Shown here in pieces: positions 54,401 through 64,000 of a DNA stretch of 64,000 nt (positions within the stretch are counted from its first letter, which is position 1; every line of letters begins with the position of its first letter). Source of the stretch: Histomonas meleagridis 2922-C6/04-290x (Eukaryota; Protista; Parabasalia); contig JAANOX010000004.1 of NCBI GenBank assembly GCA_020184695.1, positions 62,001 to 126,000 of the forward strand, read 5' to 3'. The translations under genes were made by a program, and so were the position numbers. Under the pieces are notes generated by a model that saw only the letters and a list, made by a program, of their open reading frames with translations, searched no databases and was not told where the DNA came from.

Positions 54401-56908
54401 AAATATATCTTTATTTAATATGAATTGAATATTATTTTTATTCGAAGGTAATAACAAATTTAATATTAATGGAACAATACTAATGTTTGCATGTTGTATT
54501 ATTTTAAATATAGGAATTTGATTATTAGGGAAATCTTCGAAACATTTTTGTAAAATTTTAAGTGTATTTTGATAAAAATAAGGAGTAAAAGTATTCGAAA
54601 ATTTTGTTGTTAAATAAAGTTGTTGAATATCTTCATTATTATTAATTTGTGGGTTATTAGAAGTTGATAATAAAACAACTAAAATTCCATTAGTAAAATG
54701 AGTTTTTTTAACATTATAATTTTCAGATAACATATATAATTGGTTTAAAAAAGGTATATAATTAACAGATAAAATTACTTTCCCTAACTCAGATAAGAAA
54801 TAGAACCATGGAACTTGATAACGTGATGATAAAGCATCTTGGAAATGTATATCATTATCATTACATTTAACACTTCCAGGATGTTTTGGAATTCTTGTCA
54901 ACAAAATATTATGTGTTACATTCGATTCAATTGCTGCAATATGTGTTTCCATATAACCATAAAATCCTCCGTTTTGTAATAACTTATTAACCTTTAATAA
55001 AAGTTTATTACCAATGATTCGAACCATTGGATGTTCAGAAGTTAAACCTAAAAAAGCAGCAAACTCAATTCGATATCGAATATTGTTGAAATCTTTATTG
55101 TTAGGTTGATCAGGTTCAAGTTCACCTATACTATCACATAATAATGATAAACATGTAAATACTATTGCTGAATTTTGATAAACAGTAATTGTTTCTAATA
55201 AACATTCGATGATTTGTAATCGATGTTCTGGATTTTTTAAGTTTTGATTACATATTTGATATGCAGGTTTTGATATTGATGAATCAGAAACAGCTGATAA
55301 ATATATAATTTTTTGAATTAATTCTTTCGAATGATAAAATTTAGAACGTAATAAATATGGTAAAATTTTCACAATATCATTCGATTTAATTTTTGTCTTT
55401 TTAGATGGAGAAAATGTATAACATGAACCAATTTTTAATTTCTTTAATCTAGAATATAATTTCAAAATAGTATTTGATGATGATTCAATAATTCCATAAT
55501 ATAAGTTATACATTTCAGATGATATATTATAAGAAGATATCAAATTTGTTATTTCAAAGAAATTATTTTCCATTTTTTTACCAATTTTCTCATATAATTG
55601 ATGAATTAATTCATTTGAAAATTCTTCATATTTGTGAAAAAATGGAATAATCGAAAGAAATACTATAAATCGATCAAATGTTTTTTCTTGTGAAGAATAT
55701 TCTAAAAATTTATCAACAGCTTCATTAATAAAAGAATTAAAATCAGCTAAAGCTAAATGCACTAAAATATCTCTAATGATTGTTTGGCATGAAGAAAAAA
55801 AAGGAGAATCATAAAAAACATTCATAAACAATTGGATTGAATATGAATTATTATTAACTTCAATGTCTATGATTGAATCCTTTTTATATGGATTCCATGA
55901 ATAAAATATTGAGTCAGGTTTAACATCGAAATTACACATTCCATGAATAAATGCTTTTGAACTTAATATCATTCCATTTTCCGATACTTTCGCTAATGGA
56001 AATATTTTTTCCTTACAAAAATTATCAATAGTCTCTTTACTTTCTTTATATTTCTCTAATAAACTTAACTTTAATTGAAGAGCTCCAAGATATAATGGAT
56101 TTGAGGATTGAATCGAATCACAAACTGTTCGAAAATATTCAAGATTTTTAGGATCGCCTGGATATGTTAATATGAAAGTAGATATTGATGATAACATTGA
56201 TGCTGTTAAACTTTTGCGCTTTTTATTGGACCGTTTTGTTAATGAAATGATTAATTCTAATAAATCGTCATATTGACAATTTGGTGAATCAAGTCGAATA
56301 AATTGTAATAAACTAAAGAAGGCATCGGCTTTGTTAATAACATAATTGGAAATCTTAACATAAATAGTGTTGGGATTTGTCTTTGAAATATTCGAAAAAA
56401 TTACGGCCCATTGTTCAAGAATACTTTGTCCAATTTTGAATGTATTATTTGAGAATTGAAACATGCAGAGATCAATACCACATAATATTAGATTCCCTGG
56501 ATCAGTTTCCAGTGGATTTGTTGAAATTATGGTTGAAATGATATCTGTTAAAAATAATATTTCAAAGGATTGTTCAAGTTCAGAATATAATTTAAGAAGT
56601 AATGGAACACTCGAAGGAAAATTTAATTTATCAAATATTCGATAATTTGTATGTCGAATTGCTAATGTCATTTTAGAAACATATGCTAGGACATTTGGTA
56701 TGTTATAAAGTGCTGCTTTTGATAGTGTAATTATTATTGATGAATATATTTGTAAATCTCTTAGTTCAGATTGAAAAAAAATTATAAGATTTTTTCCAAA
56801 AATTGTATCATTATCATCTTTCCGTTTTTCGATTTCTTGTATCACTGTGGATTTTAAGTCGCCTGCCAATTTCCCTAAAACTGAATGGAAGATATAGGGT
56901 TTGGACAT
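51413..56908 (-). CDS. Large ARM/HEAT-repeat protein, Furry/Tao3/Mor2-like
   Basis: 1831-aa helical ORF. WAVIFSNIS near the N-terminus and EAMRWVIGSRTLKHSQTS resemble MOR2-PAG1 family segments from memory. Confidence 0.55.
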   Translation of the reverse strand: MSKPYIFHSVLGKLAGDLKSTVIQEIEKRKDDNDTIFGKNLIIFFQSELRDLQIYSSIIITLSKAALYNIPNVLAYVSKMTLAIRHTNYRIFDKLNFPSSVPLLLKLYSELEQSFEILFLTDIISTIISTNPLETDPGNLILCGIDLCMFQFSNNTFKIGQSILEQWAVIFSNISKTNPNTIYVKISNYVINKADAFFSLLQFIRLDSPNCQYDDLLELIISLTKRSNKKRKSLTASMLSSISTFILTYPGDPKNLEYFRTVCDSIQSSNPLYLGALQLKLSLLEKYKESKETIDNFCKEKIFPLAKVSENGMILSSKAFIHGMCNFDVKPDSIFYSWNPYKKDSIIDIEVNNNSYSIQLFMNVFYDSPFFSSCQTIIRDILVHLALADFNSFINEAVDKFLEYSSQEKTFDRFIVFLSIIPFFHKYEEFSNELIHQLYEKIGKKMENNFFEITNLISSYNISSEMYNLYYGIIESSSNTILKLYSRLKKLKIGSCYTFSPSKKTKIKSNDIVKILPYLLRSKFYHSKELIQKIIYLSAVSDSSISKPAYQICNQNLKNPEHRLQIIECLLETITVYQNSAIVFTCLSLLCDSIGELEPDQPNNKDFNNIRYRIEFAAFLGLTSEHPMVRIIGNKLLLKVNKLLQNGGFYGYMETHIAAIESNVTHNILLTRIPKHPGSVKCNDNDIHFQDALSSRYQVPWFYFLSELGKVILSVNYIPFLNQLYMLSENYNVKKTHFTNGILVVLLSTSNNPQINNNEDIQQLYLTTKFSNTFTPYFYQNTLKILQKCFEDFPNNQIPIFKIIQHANISIVPLILNLLLPSNKNNIQFILNKDIFPWKKIMSSIYYFFRCYESNMQSKTEILEPIFNILSLCFTNIKSSFMNLLNTQIIDMINTLKYTNHLLQYLYSLTITFELAPKLLTNESIKLNIFLLLIQIIENKLLKESKPKHWLEIRRYASAALLPFVSNYSIIKKDNLLSSQLNPDKIIKKMINSERIGYHVLSPFLQKHQFLLSNYINACFRHHQSKSDFFFDAICSIIPKIDGFSPDSLKEKSHDLLKNSGSLFLVGLFQLQKGSPLARNFLLNFSLIYITTFAKAQEYQEIQQVLEKSEDICLGMIQSFGERIAEIIVDSAFKQMNHPKYQGTIEVMIETITPWIKLFGMLPNQIGCVPTFNITEKRLTRNEFLNSLMKLTINNRKEHDFEHLANLWAILFEISMESDIIPLFIMENDDDDIKTMIFDRLLDRFPTQISNRLSQRCFFSFYAYISYQRNLNFEKEFWIVPLIMKALKHHKESIQSYLPYIIQFSLLFHSNLTQSLLKRVTKIMNIRYTQRTLSPKSIKIIVSQFQKKLQEMDVKIFNGENPVNIWAMEAMRWVIGSRTLKHSQTSIIILTHLKYNIDSSIITELLKGIYRSTSYFLRNSNSSEKGSYEPFYDYINDTFSLFIQHFKGHENLCLNYVNSFFDLVVSLDAYFSQIIPLYRLCLSSPITHRASKSYFLRALRTCFNLLEVDAKAKATFEEFLNKSNSVDLKFVSSALSRNCTSENDQKMVQSADIDVLNRVLSHYSLMISNGSNDLKKRIFSLSQQILKRFNDIRKKSSIPTDLKRSISNKFPNSPNDEILQQSYYHSDISEADKFDLNKQALVVIFKEAVRMMPEMSEALYFVKEVSIVDPLLPTIPRIDNLKWNDIVDPVASNLANLVKQESVAPVNYCQDLAAISSLLEPVNEPRILPFTSQFEMVNKLQKEEKEKFPNKVDKWMKTFSSLGLELHRKMSIRISPRPNSPFANFEVLKLPKAFVPDEKLKPKIETKFDNIQSSVDFLREINPKLIKKNNV

Positions 56909-56957
56909 AAAGCAACTTAAGTTTTATGGGACACCCTAATATTGGTCGGGAGAAAAT

Positions 56958-58619
56958 ATGAGAAATAAAGAAGAGATTAAAGAAGAAATAATATATAATT
57001 TTGTTTCAAGATCAATGATGGCTTGGCCAATTCAAATATGTAGTCCTATAATTACTTTTAAATTAAATTTTTTAAATTTTTTTGATTTTCAAATTCCTTC
57101 ATATATTGAAGATAATATTAAATGCACCCATTGTGGCACTTGCTTTAATCCATTTTGTACAATAGCTGAAAGATCAATTTATTGGAAATGTAATATTTGT
57201 AATTCAATAAATAATTTAATACTTCCTTCATCAAACTCAAAAGAAACAGCTTACACTCTTGCAAAGTCATCGATTTTATATAATAATGCAGTTTATGATA
57301 TAGTAACTCCTCAAAAATCAAATAATCGACCAAAACCAACAATTATAATTTCGATACAAACAAATGTTGTAAAAAAAATACAACCAATATTAGATTTAAT
57401 TATTATACAAAATGATATATATAATTATTCAGTAATTTTTTTTGATTCTTTTCTTCAAGTTTATGATTTTAAAACAAAATCATGGAAAATTATAATATCA
57501 GATGAATTTTTCTTGCCAACAAAAATTGAACATCTATGTGGTAATTGGTCTGAAGCAAAAGAAGCAATTCTTTTTGATCCCAAACCTCTTTCAAATCAAT
57601 GTAATTTCAATAGTTTATTTGATTTTTCTAAATCTTTTGAAAATTCAAAACTTTTAATTTTATTTGAAGGACCGTTAACTTCGATACAACCCTTACCAAA
57701 TATTCCATGTTCTGTTGCTTTAATAGGAAATTATCAAACTTCATTATTTTATATTAAAGAATGGATGAGTTTTTGTAATATTTTTTATAGTAAAGAAATC
57801 ACTCAACAAATGATTTTATTTTTGAATCATTCTCTTCAATATCCTTTTATTTCTAACTTAAAGATTCATTTACATGTACCTAAGTCAATATCTTTTGAAG
57901 AAAACCAATGTTTTAATTTTACTTTAAAACATAAAAATAAATACACAAATAATTTATTGGAATTTATTCAGTTTGAAATTGATTTTTCAACAATAAATGG
58001 ATTTAAAGCACAACGAATTATTAATATAAAAATACCAATTCTTTCACGAACAAAAGTATATCAAAGTATTACTTTTACTGATCCATTTATGAATATATGT
58101 ACATCAGCATCACATATTTTTAACCAAATAAATCAAATAGCATTAAAAGAATCTTTTCCAAAAATAAAAACAGAATTTATAAATTTCTCATTAGAATATC
58201 CAATGGAAAACTTATGGCCAAACTTTATTTATTCTGTGATTTCTTCTAATTTGTTTAAAGAAAATAAATCTCATGAAGAACAAATATCAAAACTTGTTTC
58301 GATAATGAGTTTGCCTTTTCAAATCTCATTTTTACATTTTGTTTCACTTGATTATGTAAATTCACAATTTGTTCCTGCACCAAAATTTAATGCTATTGCT
58401 CGAATAACAGAAAATGGAATATATGTATTAAACGAAGAAACAGGTGAATATATAATTAACCATTTAAGACTTAATAGATTACTTCCAATTATAAAAGTTG
58501 ACGAATTACCTCAAATTCAAAATATTTTTAACGAAGAATTTGAATCTTGGAAAAAGAATTGGGATTTGTTACTTTTTAGTTACAGGGAAAGGAATGGAAA
58601 ATCTGAGAAGAGTTCATGA
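56958..58619 (+). CDS. Divergent Sec23/Sec24-like protein (zinc finger plus degenerate trunk)
   Basis: IKCTHCGTCFNPFC...WKCNICNSIN is the Sec23/24 zinc-finger pattern. The start could be ATG 57015. Confidence 0.7.
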   Translation: MRNKEEIKEEIIYNFVSRSMMAWPIQICSPIITFKLNFLNFFDFQIPSYIEDNIKCTHCGTCFNPFCTIAERSIYWKCNICNSINNLILPSSNSKETAYTLAKSSILYNNAVYDIVTPQKSNNRPKPTIIISIQTNVVKKIQPILDLIIIQNDIYNYSVIFFDSFLQVYDFKTKSWKIIISDEFFLPTKIEHLCGNWSEAKEAILFDPKPLSNQCNFNSLFDFSKSFENSKLLILFEGPLTSIQPLPNIPCSVALIGNYQTSLFYIKEWMSFCNIFYSKEITQQMILFLNHSLQYPFISNLKIHLHVPKSISFEENQCFNFTLKHKNKYTNNLLEFIQFEIDFSTINGFKAQRIINIKIPILSRTKVYQSITFTDPFMNICTSASHIFNQINQIALKESFPKIKTEFINFSLEYPMENLWPNFIYSVISSNLFKENKSHEEQISKLVSIMSLPFQISFLHFVSLDYVNSQFVPAPKFNAIARITENGIYVLNEETGEYIINHLRLNRLLPIIKVDELPQIQNIFNEEFESWKKNWDLLLFSYRERNGKSEKSS

Positions 58620-59066
58620 CTCATTTTTTTCAAGCTTTTGAACTCCTAGTCCTTCTTCAGCTGTGGATAATTGAGCATAAAATCCTGATCTTCCAAGTGC
58701 TACAACACGAGCTTTAACCAGATCACCTGGATGGCAAAACTGTGAGGCAATTTGACTGTCAACATCTTTTTCGGCTATGTCAACTGACCGAAGTTCGGCA
58801 AGAAGTGGTGATCGAAGAGGAACACCATTTGTAGTAAGCAAAACAAGATGAGCTTCTTTCCTTTTGGCACGAATTACACGCCCAATTACAATATCATGAA
58901 CTTTCGGAACAATTGTTTTTCGGCATATATGAAAATTCGTATAATTATCTTCCTTTTCTGTATATCCGAGGACTGTAGTGAAATTAACATCATTTTGGCT
59001 GATTATAAATTGCTTTTGATCTTCGGTAAATGATGGAATATTATCTCCTGGTAAGCAAGCAGTCAT
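58614..59066 (-). CDS. CSL4: Exosome cap subunit Csl4/EXOSC1-like (S1 domain)
   Basis: CLPGD N-terminus; VPKVHDIVIGRV...LRSVDI...PGDLVKARVVALG...QLSTAEEGLGV. C-terminal zinc ribbon absent. Confidence 0.75.
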   Translation of the reverse strand: MTACLPGDNIPSFTEDQKQFIISQNDVNFTTVLGYTEKEDNYTNFHICRKTIVPKVHDIVIGRVIRAKRKEAHLVLLTTNGVPLRSPLLAELRSVDIAEKDVDSQIASQFCHPGDLVKARVVALGRSGFYAQLSTAEEGLGVQKLEKNES

Positions 59067-59143
59067 CACTAAAGCCTAACAAAGTTTGTGAAAAATATTT
59101 AACGTTCACCATATGGAAATTACGTTTAATAATTTCATGAAAA

Positions 59144-60514
59144 ATGGGTGAAACAGAAACAGAATTTATTAAGAAACTAAAAAGCCTTGGTTGGAATATC
59201 AAGGAAAGTTGGTTTAACCAAGTATTTAATAATGGTATAAATGATTTTGATACAATTCATCAAGAACTTTTAAACACAGATATTTCTCTTTCATGTGAGC
59301 CACATGATGACTTCCTATCACTTGCACAAAAATCTTACTGGTCTCTTCCTTATAATGTTGTTCTTCAAGTTAACGAGGTTGTAGATATTTCACTTCCATA
59401 TGAAAAAAGAATAAATTTTGAGAGTTCCCCGAAAGGAACTTTCAAGATAGATTTAAGTGATGGAGGGTTTCAATTAGTTGGAGTTACAGAAACTCAAATT
59501 CCACATTTATCAGTTTCTATTATGCCAGGTCAAAAAATACATATCAGCAATAATACTGTTGTGTGCTATGGTGTATTTATGTTGAATGAACATAATGTTC
59601 AAATAAATGGCGGTTTTTCAGATATTCAGATTGAAAAGAAAGAACGTATTACAGCTGAAGCACCTCAAGAAAGTACTTTTGGAGAACTAATTGAATCACA
59701 TAATTTTGATATTCAATATCCAAGCAATCCAATTATTAAATATCCAAATGTAAAACCACCTTTAATTAAAGCAATGGCAACTCATACACCTACGCCAACG
59801 CCATCACCATCCCCGCAACAAGAGCCTTCCAAATTACTTCCAAATAATGACAATTCTCCAAATCTTGTTGATACATACATGAAACATTTAAGTTCACAAT
59901 CGAAACACACGACACAAACAGAGCGCAAGAAGCCGCAGCCACAAATAGATAAAAAGCCTCCTATTCAACAACCTCAACCAGAGAAAAAGCCTATTATCCA
60001 TCAATTAAACGAACCACAACAACAAAGCGAGGGAAATCCTCCTAATCAGCAAGAAAATAAGCCACAACAAACAGAACAAAATGGAACTCCATTAAAAGAC
60101 GATAAGCCAATAAACAAGCGACCGTTATTTAAACCGGCAAAACCGCCCGAAAAGGTTTACACCATTCAAGAATTGAATAATTTAGATAAAAGTGCAAACC
60201 TTTCAAATGTGAAAGTTAATGCTCATGTATTTTGCTTAAGTAGCTTTAAACTTAAGTCTAATCCACAGCCAACCTTTTCGGTATATGTTTCACTGACGAA
60301 TCAAGACACTCAAGAAACATTTAATGTAAAAGTCAGCAAGGCATTAGTTGCAAAATTCATTGCAATACCACCAGAAGACTGGAACGAAATGCCTGAAGAA
60401 ATTCAGCAAGAACAAAGAATGAATTGTGAAAACAATCTCTGTGCATTAACGTCACCATTAACACTTTTTGACTCTGGAGGTAAGAACGGAAGGTTTGTAC
60501 TGGTAGAAAATTAA
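59144..60514 (+). CDS. RMI1: RecQ-mediated genome instability protein 1
   Basis: N-terminal helical part (W...QELLNTDI), OB fold VLQVNEVVDIS...DLSDG...PGQKI...VFMLNEHNVQINGG, Q/P-rich linker and C-terminal OB-like region. Confidence 0.78.
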   Translation: MGETETEFIKKLKSLGWNIKESWFNQVFNNGINDFDTIHQELLNTDISLSCEPHDDFLSLAQKSYWSLPYNVVLQVNEVVDISLPYEKRINFESSPKGTFKIDLSDGGFQLVGVTETQIPHLSVSIMPGQKIHISNNTVVCYGVFMLNEHNVQINGGFSDIQIEKKERITAEAPQESTFGELIESHNFDIQYPSNPIIKYPNVKPPLIKAMATHTPTPTPSPSPQQEPSKLLPNNDNSPNLVDTYMKHLSSQSKHTTQTERKKPQPQIDKKPPIQQPQPEKKPIIHQLNEPQQQSEGNPPNQQENKPQQTEQNGTPLKDDKPINKRPLFKPAKPPEKVYTIQELNNLDKSANLSNVKVNAHVFCLSSFKLKSNPQPTFSVYVSLTNQDTQETFNVKVSKALVAKFIAIPPEDWNEMPEEIQQEQRMNCENNLCALTSPLTLFDSGGKNGRFVLVEN

Positions 60515-60541
60515 TAAAATAAATGTTTAGAACATAAAGTT

Positions 60542-61120
60542 TTACATATTTGTTTCTTTATGATTTTCCTCTTTATCTGCTTTTTCGCTAAGTAATTTTA
60601 CTATTTCGTTATATCCAGCTTCATATGCATAATGAAGTGCTGTTTCAAATATTTGAAATATTTTTCAAATATTATTTTGAAATATTAAATTATTAAAATA
60701 AATTTTAAATAAAACAAATAAATATCTTTAACATTAATATCAATTCCTTCTTGTTCAAGAAGTAATTTAACGATTTCTATATGACCATTTTTAGATGCTT
60801 TCATAAGTGCTGTTCCAAATATTTTAAATAATTTCCAAATATTATTTTGAAATAAAAATTTATTAGAATAAATTATAAGTTATTGAAATAATTTCCAACT
60901 TATTAAAATAAATCTTAAATATAATAAATAAGCAGTTATAGCATTAATATCAATTCCTTCTTGTTCAAGAAGTAATTTAACTATTTCTGTATGACCCTTT
61001 TCGGATGCTTTAATAAGTGCTGTTTGAAATAATATAAATAATTTCCAAATATTATTTTGAAATATGAAATTATTAAAAAAATTTTAAATTAAATAAATAA
61101 ATATTTTTAACATTAATATC
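60542..61120 (-). pseudogene. Orphan ankyrin-repeat array, locus D: three ankyrin units including a terminal cap, split by 79/120/80-nt spacers; no N-terminal domain
   Basis: DINVKN / TALIKASEKGHTE...INAIT / TALMKASKNGHIE...INVKD / TALHYAYEAGYNEIVKLLSEKADKEENHKETNM-TAA (60542). Confidence 0.7.
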
Positions 61121-61708
61121 AAAATTGCTACAAACAAACCTTGTCAATTTTAGTATCAAAAAAATAATTTAGATGTCATTTTGTTAGATAAAAAATAGGT
61201 GGAGCAAAACGTCAGATTTCCAACGATAAAATCGATTTGAAACAAAAAATCATCGGATTTATATTCAAGAACTGAAGTAATAAACTAAGAGAGTTAAACA
61301 ACAAGCGAAAACATATAACCAAAGATTTAAAAACACAAAAACTATTATTAGATACATACTAAAAAATTAAACAAAATCGACAAAAATGCAAAAAATGATA
61401 TAGTGAATCATTTGAAAGAGAGAGATAAAATGAGATAGTAATGATTAAATGAGATACGAAACTATATGAGTATATTAATAGCCTAAATGTGATGGATAAA
61501 ATGATTAAATTTCTATATTTATAAATTAGATGTACGAAATCACAAATGCGAGAGACCAAATGATTTAATGAGCTGCACTGAAAGTTGAAATTAAAAACGA
61601 AAATTTATCAAAAAGTCTATAAAAGGAGTAAGTAGAGAGGATGTTGCTGCTTAAATCTTTGTTGATGTTATGTGTTTTGAATTTTGCAAATTTTAAACGT
61701 CCTTTTAT

Positions 61709-62854
61709 ATGAAATCTAACATTTTTATTGACACAGATTCAAGCGATAACTCAGATACTTTTGATGAACTACTTTCCAAGGGTATAAATAATAGTTTAAA
61801 AAATACAAAATCCAATGGCTTCTTGAATTATGCACCAATAAGAAAACAAACAACAAAACGAAATGTAATTTATTTTAGTTCTGATAGTTCTTCAAGTGAT
61901 GGTATTCAAGTTATTCAAAGAACAGATTTAAATCTTCAAACTGATTCAGAAAACAGTGATGCAATAATTTATTCTCAAAGTGAATCAGATAAGAGTTCCC
62001 AAGAAATAAACCATCATATTACAGGAAATAAATCAAGTGAAGGTAATTTCAATGAAACAAAACAACTTACAGAAAGCAAAGAAATTCAATCTAAAATGGA
62101 AGACAAAGATATAAAATCCGATGAAAACATAATTAGTCAAATACCCGACTTCGACAGCCAAGATTTGTTTAATCAAGAATCACCAAATAAAGGAATTGAT
62201 GATCCTTCTTTGATTCATGAACTCAACTCTACAATAATTCGTCTTCCGGGCCACAAAGTTCCAAAAGGTATTATCCCATATATAGTTCGGCGCGAGAACA
62301 AACTTTCACTTCATGGCAAAAGGACTATTTTTCAACTTCTTCTCGGCGGTAAAGTCATTCTTTCTTCAAAGATTAAAACGTTATATTCCACGGATTTTAT
62401 TCATATATCGAGTGATAATAAATATCATTTTAGTAATAAAAATGATTGTGGGACTATTCGTGTTTATGATAATTTCACCAATTTTTCACTACGAAAAGGT
62501 AATGAATTTGGTGATGAAATTATGACAATGAAATTTATTCCATCAAAAATCCAATATGCGCCAAGAGATGTTGAATTAGTTTTCATTTTCCCACCAAATG
62601 ATATTTCGCCAAAGTTAAAAAACAGAAAACCTAAAATAACTGCTGCTTCAACATGGTCATTAAATCTTAATGGAAGAACAGCTAAAAGATCAAATAAAAA
62701 TTGTATTCTTGTTGATGATAATGATAAAGAACATATTGTAATTTTAAAGCATCATTCATCTGAATTATATATCGAAACAATACCTTCAATTAGTTCATTA
62801 TGTATTTTTGCTACCGGAATTTGTTCATTTTTATGTAAATTAAAAAGTACATGA
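61709..62854 (+). CDS. Tubby C-terminal domain protein with acidic/Ser-rich N-terminus
   Basis: LKNRKPKITAASTWSLNLNGRTAKRSNKNCILV matches the Tubby NKxPxW...LNFxGRVxxxSxKNF motif. Confidence 0.75.
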   Translation: MKSNIFIDTDSSDNSDTFDELLSKGINNSLKNTKSNGFLNYAPIRKQTTKRNVIYFSSDSSSSDGIQVIQRTDLNLQTDSENSDAIIYSQSESDKSSQEINHHITGNKSSEGNFNETKQLTESKEIQSKMEDKDIKSDENIISQIPDFDSQDLFNQESPNKGIDDPSLIHELNSTIIRLPGHKVPKGIIPYIVRRENKLSLHGKRTIFQLLLGGKVILSSKIKTLYSTDFIHISSDNKYHFSNKNDCGTIRVYDNFTNFSLRKGNEFGDEIMTMKFIPSKIQYAPRDVELVFIFPPNDISPKLKNRKPKITAASTWSLNLNGRTAKRSNKNCILVDDNDKEHIVILKHHSSELYIETIPSISSLCIFATGICSFLCKLKST

Positions 62855-62870
62855 AAACAAAACAAAAATT

Positions 62871-64000
62871 TTATTGGAAAAATTGTGTGGCAATAAGATC
62901 CGGAAATTCATCTGTTGGAATCGGTGCTGCAAAATTAAGAATTGCTTTCTTAAGGGGTTCAATGATCTTTTTCTTGGAAACTTCTTGATCAGCACCTTCA
63001 ATTTCTATTGTGCCAATCGTAGAAAGTTTCATTTGTTCATTGACATCAAATGTAAGATTTCCAAGTTTACTTAGAAGAAATCGAATTTCTTTTTTCTTTC
63101 CTTCAAATGATTCAAACAATTGATGGAACGAATTATAATCATCTTTATGTTGTGGGTCCATAACAATAAGGATTTTAACAACAGAATCACATAAGATATT
63201 AACAGATTTTTCAAAAAAATTGTTCAACATAACTTCTCGATTTGATGATGCGTCATCGACCGTTTGTTCGGGGCGCTCTGTTTCCTCTGTTGGGGTGCCC
63301 TGATCGATCACTTCACTTTCTTCTTTTTGTGATGCGACAAGTGATGTAAGAAATTCATCTTTTTCTTTAAGTTCTTCTGTTAAATTTTTTATTCTTTCGT
63401 TATTTTTTGTGATTTTTTCCGTAAGTTCATCATGTTGATGCCTAAGAAGGTTTCTTTCCATTTTGAGTTGTTTGTTAAGATTGATAAGTTTTGAATTATC
63501 ACCAATAACTGATTTGGAATTTGTAACCATTGTTGAATATTTTTTGATCTCTGAATCAATATCTTTCATCATTTTAATGACTGTTTTCTCAATGTTTCCA
63601 TAAGCCATTTCTCGATATTTCGTTTTTTCTTGTTCAACTGCTTCTTGAAGTTCTGCTTGATGTTTGACGTCAAGAAGATAATATTCAGTAAGGGTATTAG
63701 AAAGTTGCTGGTTTTGTTCTGCCTTTTCCTTATTGAGCATTTGCTCAGCTTCATTAATCTCATTTTTAAATTGAGACTCAAGAGTTGCAATCGAGGAGAG
63801 TGAAGCTAGTCTTTGTTTATTTGATTTTATTGTGTTCTTTAATTGCTTTAATTCAAGTTCTTGAGATTCTTTTAATTGTTGATGTTCTGCTTGAAGTCGT
63901 TCAACCAATTCTTCAAGGTCCCTTTGAGCATCTTTAAGCTTGTTTTGGTATATTTGAATTTTTTGTTCTTTATCATGAATTTTAAGAGATAAATAATTAC
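62871..64000 (-). CDS. Coiled-coil protein (5'-partial), function unknown
   Basis: The frame stays open from the ORF-track start (63908) to the window edge; E/K/Q/L-rich heptad pattern. Confidence 0.7.
   Translation of the reverse strand, partial: NYLSLKIHDKEQKIQIYQNKLKDAQRDLEELVERLQAEHQQLKESQELELKQLKNTIKSNKQRLASLSSIATLESQFKNEINEAEQMLNKEKAEQNQQLSNTLTEYYLLDVKHQAELQEAVEQEKTKYREMAYGNIEKTVIKMMKDIDSEIKKYSTMVTNSKSVIGDNSKLINLNKQLKMERNLLRHQHDELTEKITKNNERIKNLTEELKEKDEFLTSLVASQKEESEVIDQGTPTEETERPEQTVDDASSNREVMLNNFFEKSVNILCDSVVKILIVMDPQHKDDYNSFHQLFESFEGKKKEIRFLLSKLGNLTFDVNEQMKLSTIGTIEIEGADQEVSKKKIIEPLKKAILNFAAPIPTDEFPDLIATQFFQ

Overview
AT-rich, gene-dense eukaryotic DNA with essentially intronless genes. 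The BspA LRR_5 surface proteins, DUF3447-like/ankyrin genes and F5/8-type-C proteins point to a parabasalid protist (Tritrichomonas/Trichomonas-like; inference). Housekeeping and signalling genes: SMC1 (partial), CCT3, Myb, FOP-like LisH, PP1-like phosphatase, bromodomain protein, RhoGEF-Kelch, coronin, CK1, DOCK, Furry-like, Sec23/24-like, CSL4, RMI1 and a Tubby-domain protein. The main anomaly is four separate ankyrin loci (about 17.1-18.8 kb, 32.5-34.6 kb, 40.5-42.4 kb and 60.5-61.1 kb). In each, intact 90-nt ankyrin-repeat coding blocks are separated at the same beta-hairpin position by a conserved, usually exactly 80-nt, frame-breaking AT-rich spacer. The spacer has no frame-restoring GT-AG boundaries, which suggests a non-canonical intron, recoding or cassette system. 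Also seen: an 840-bp fold-back element with about 108-bp inverted repeats; two satellites (112 and 56 bp) each following a gene whose 3' end shifts to higher GC; candidate snoRNA-like elements; and several apparent pseudo-enzymes (Ras, RhoGAP, PLD, kinase). All calls are by eye; no database searches were run.
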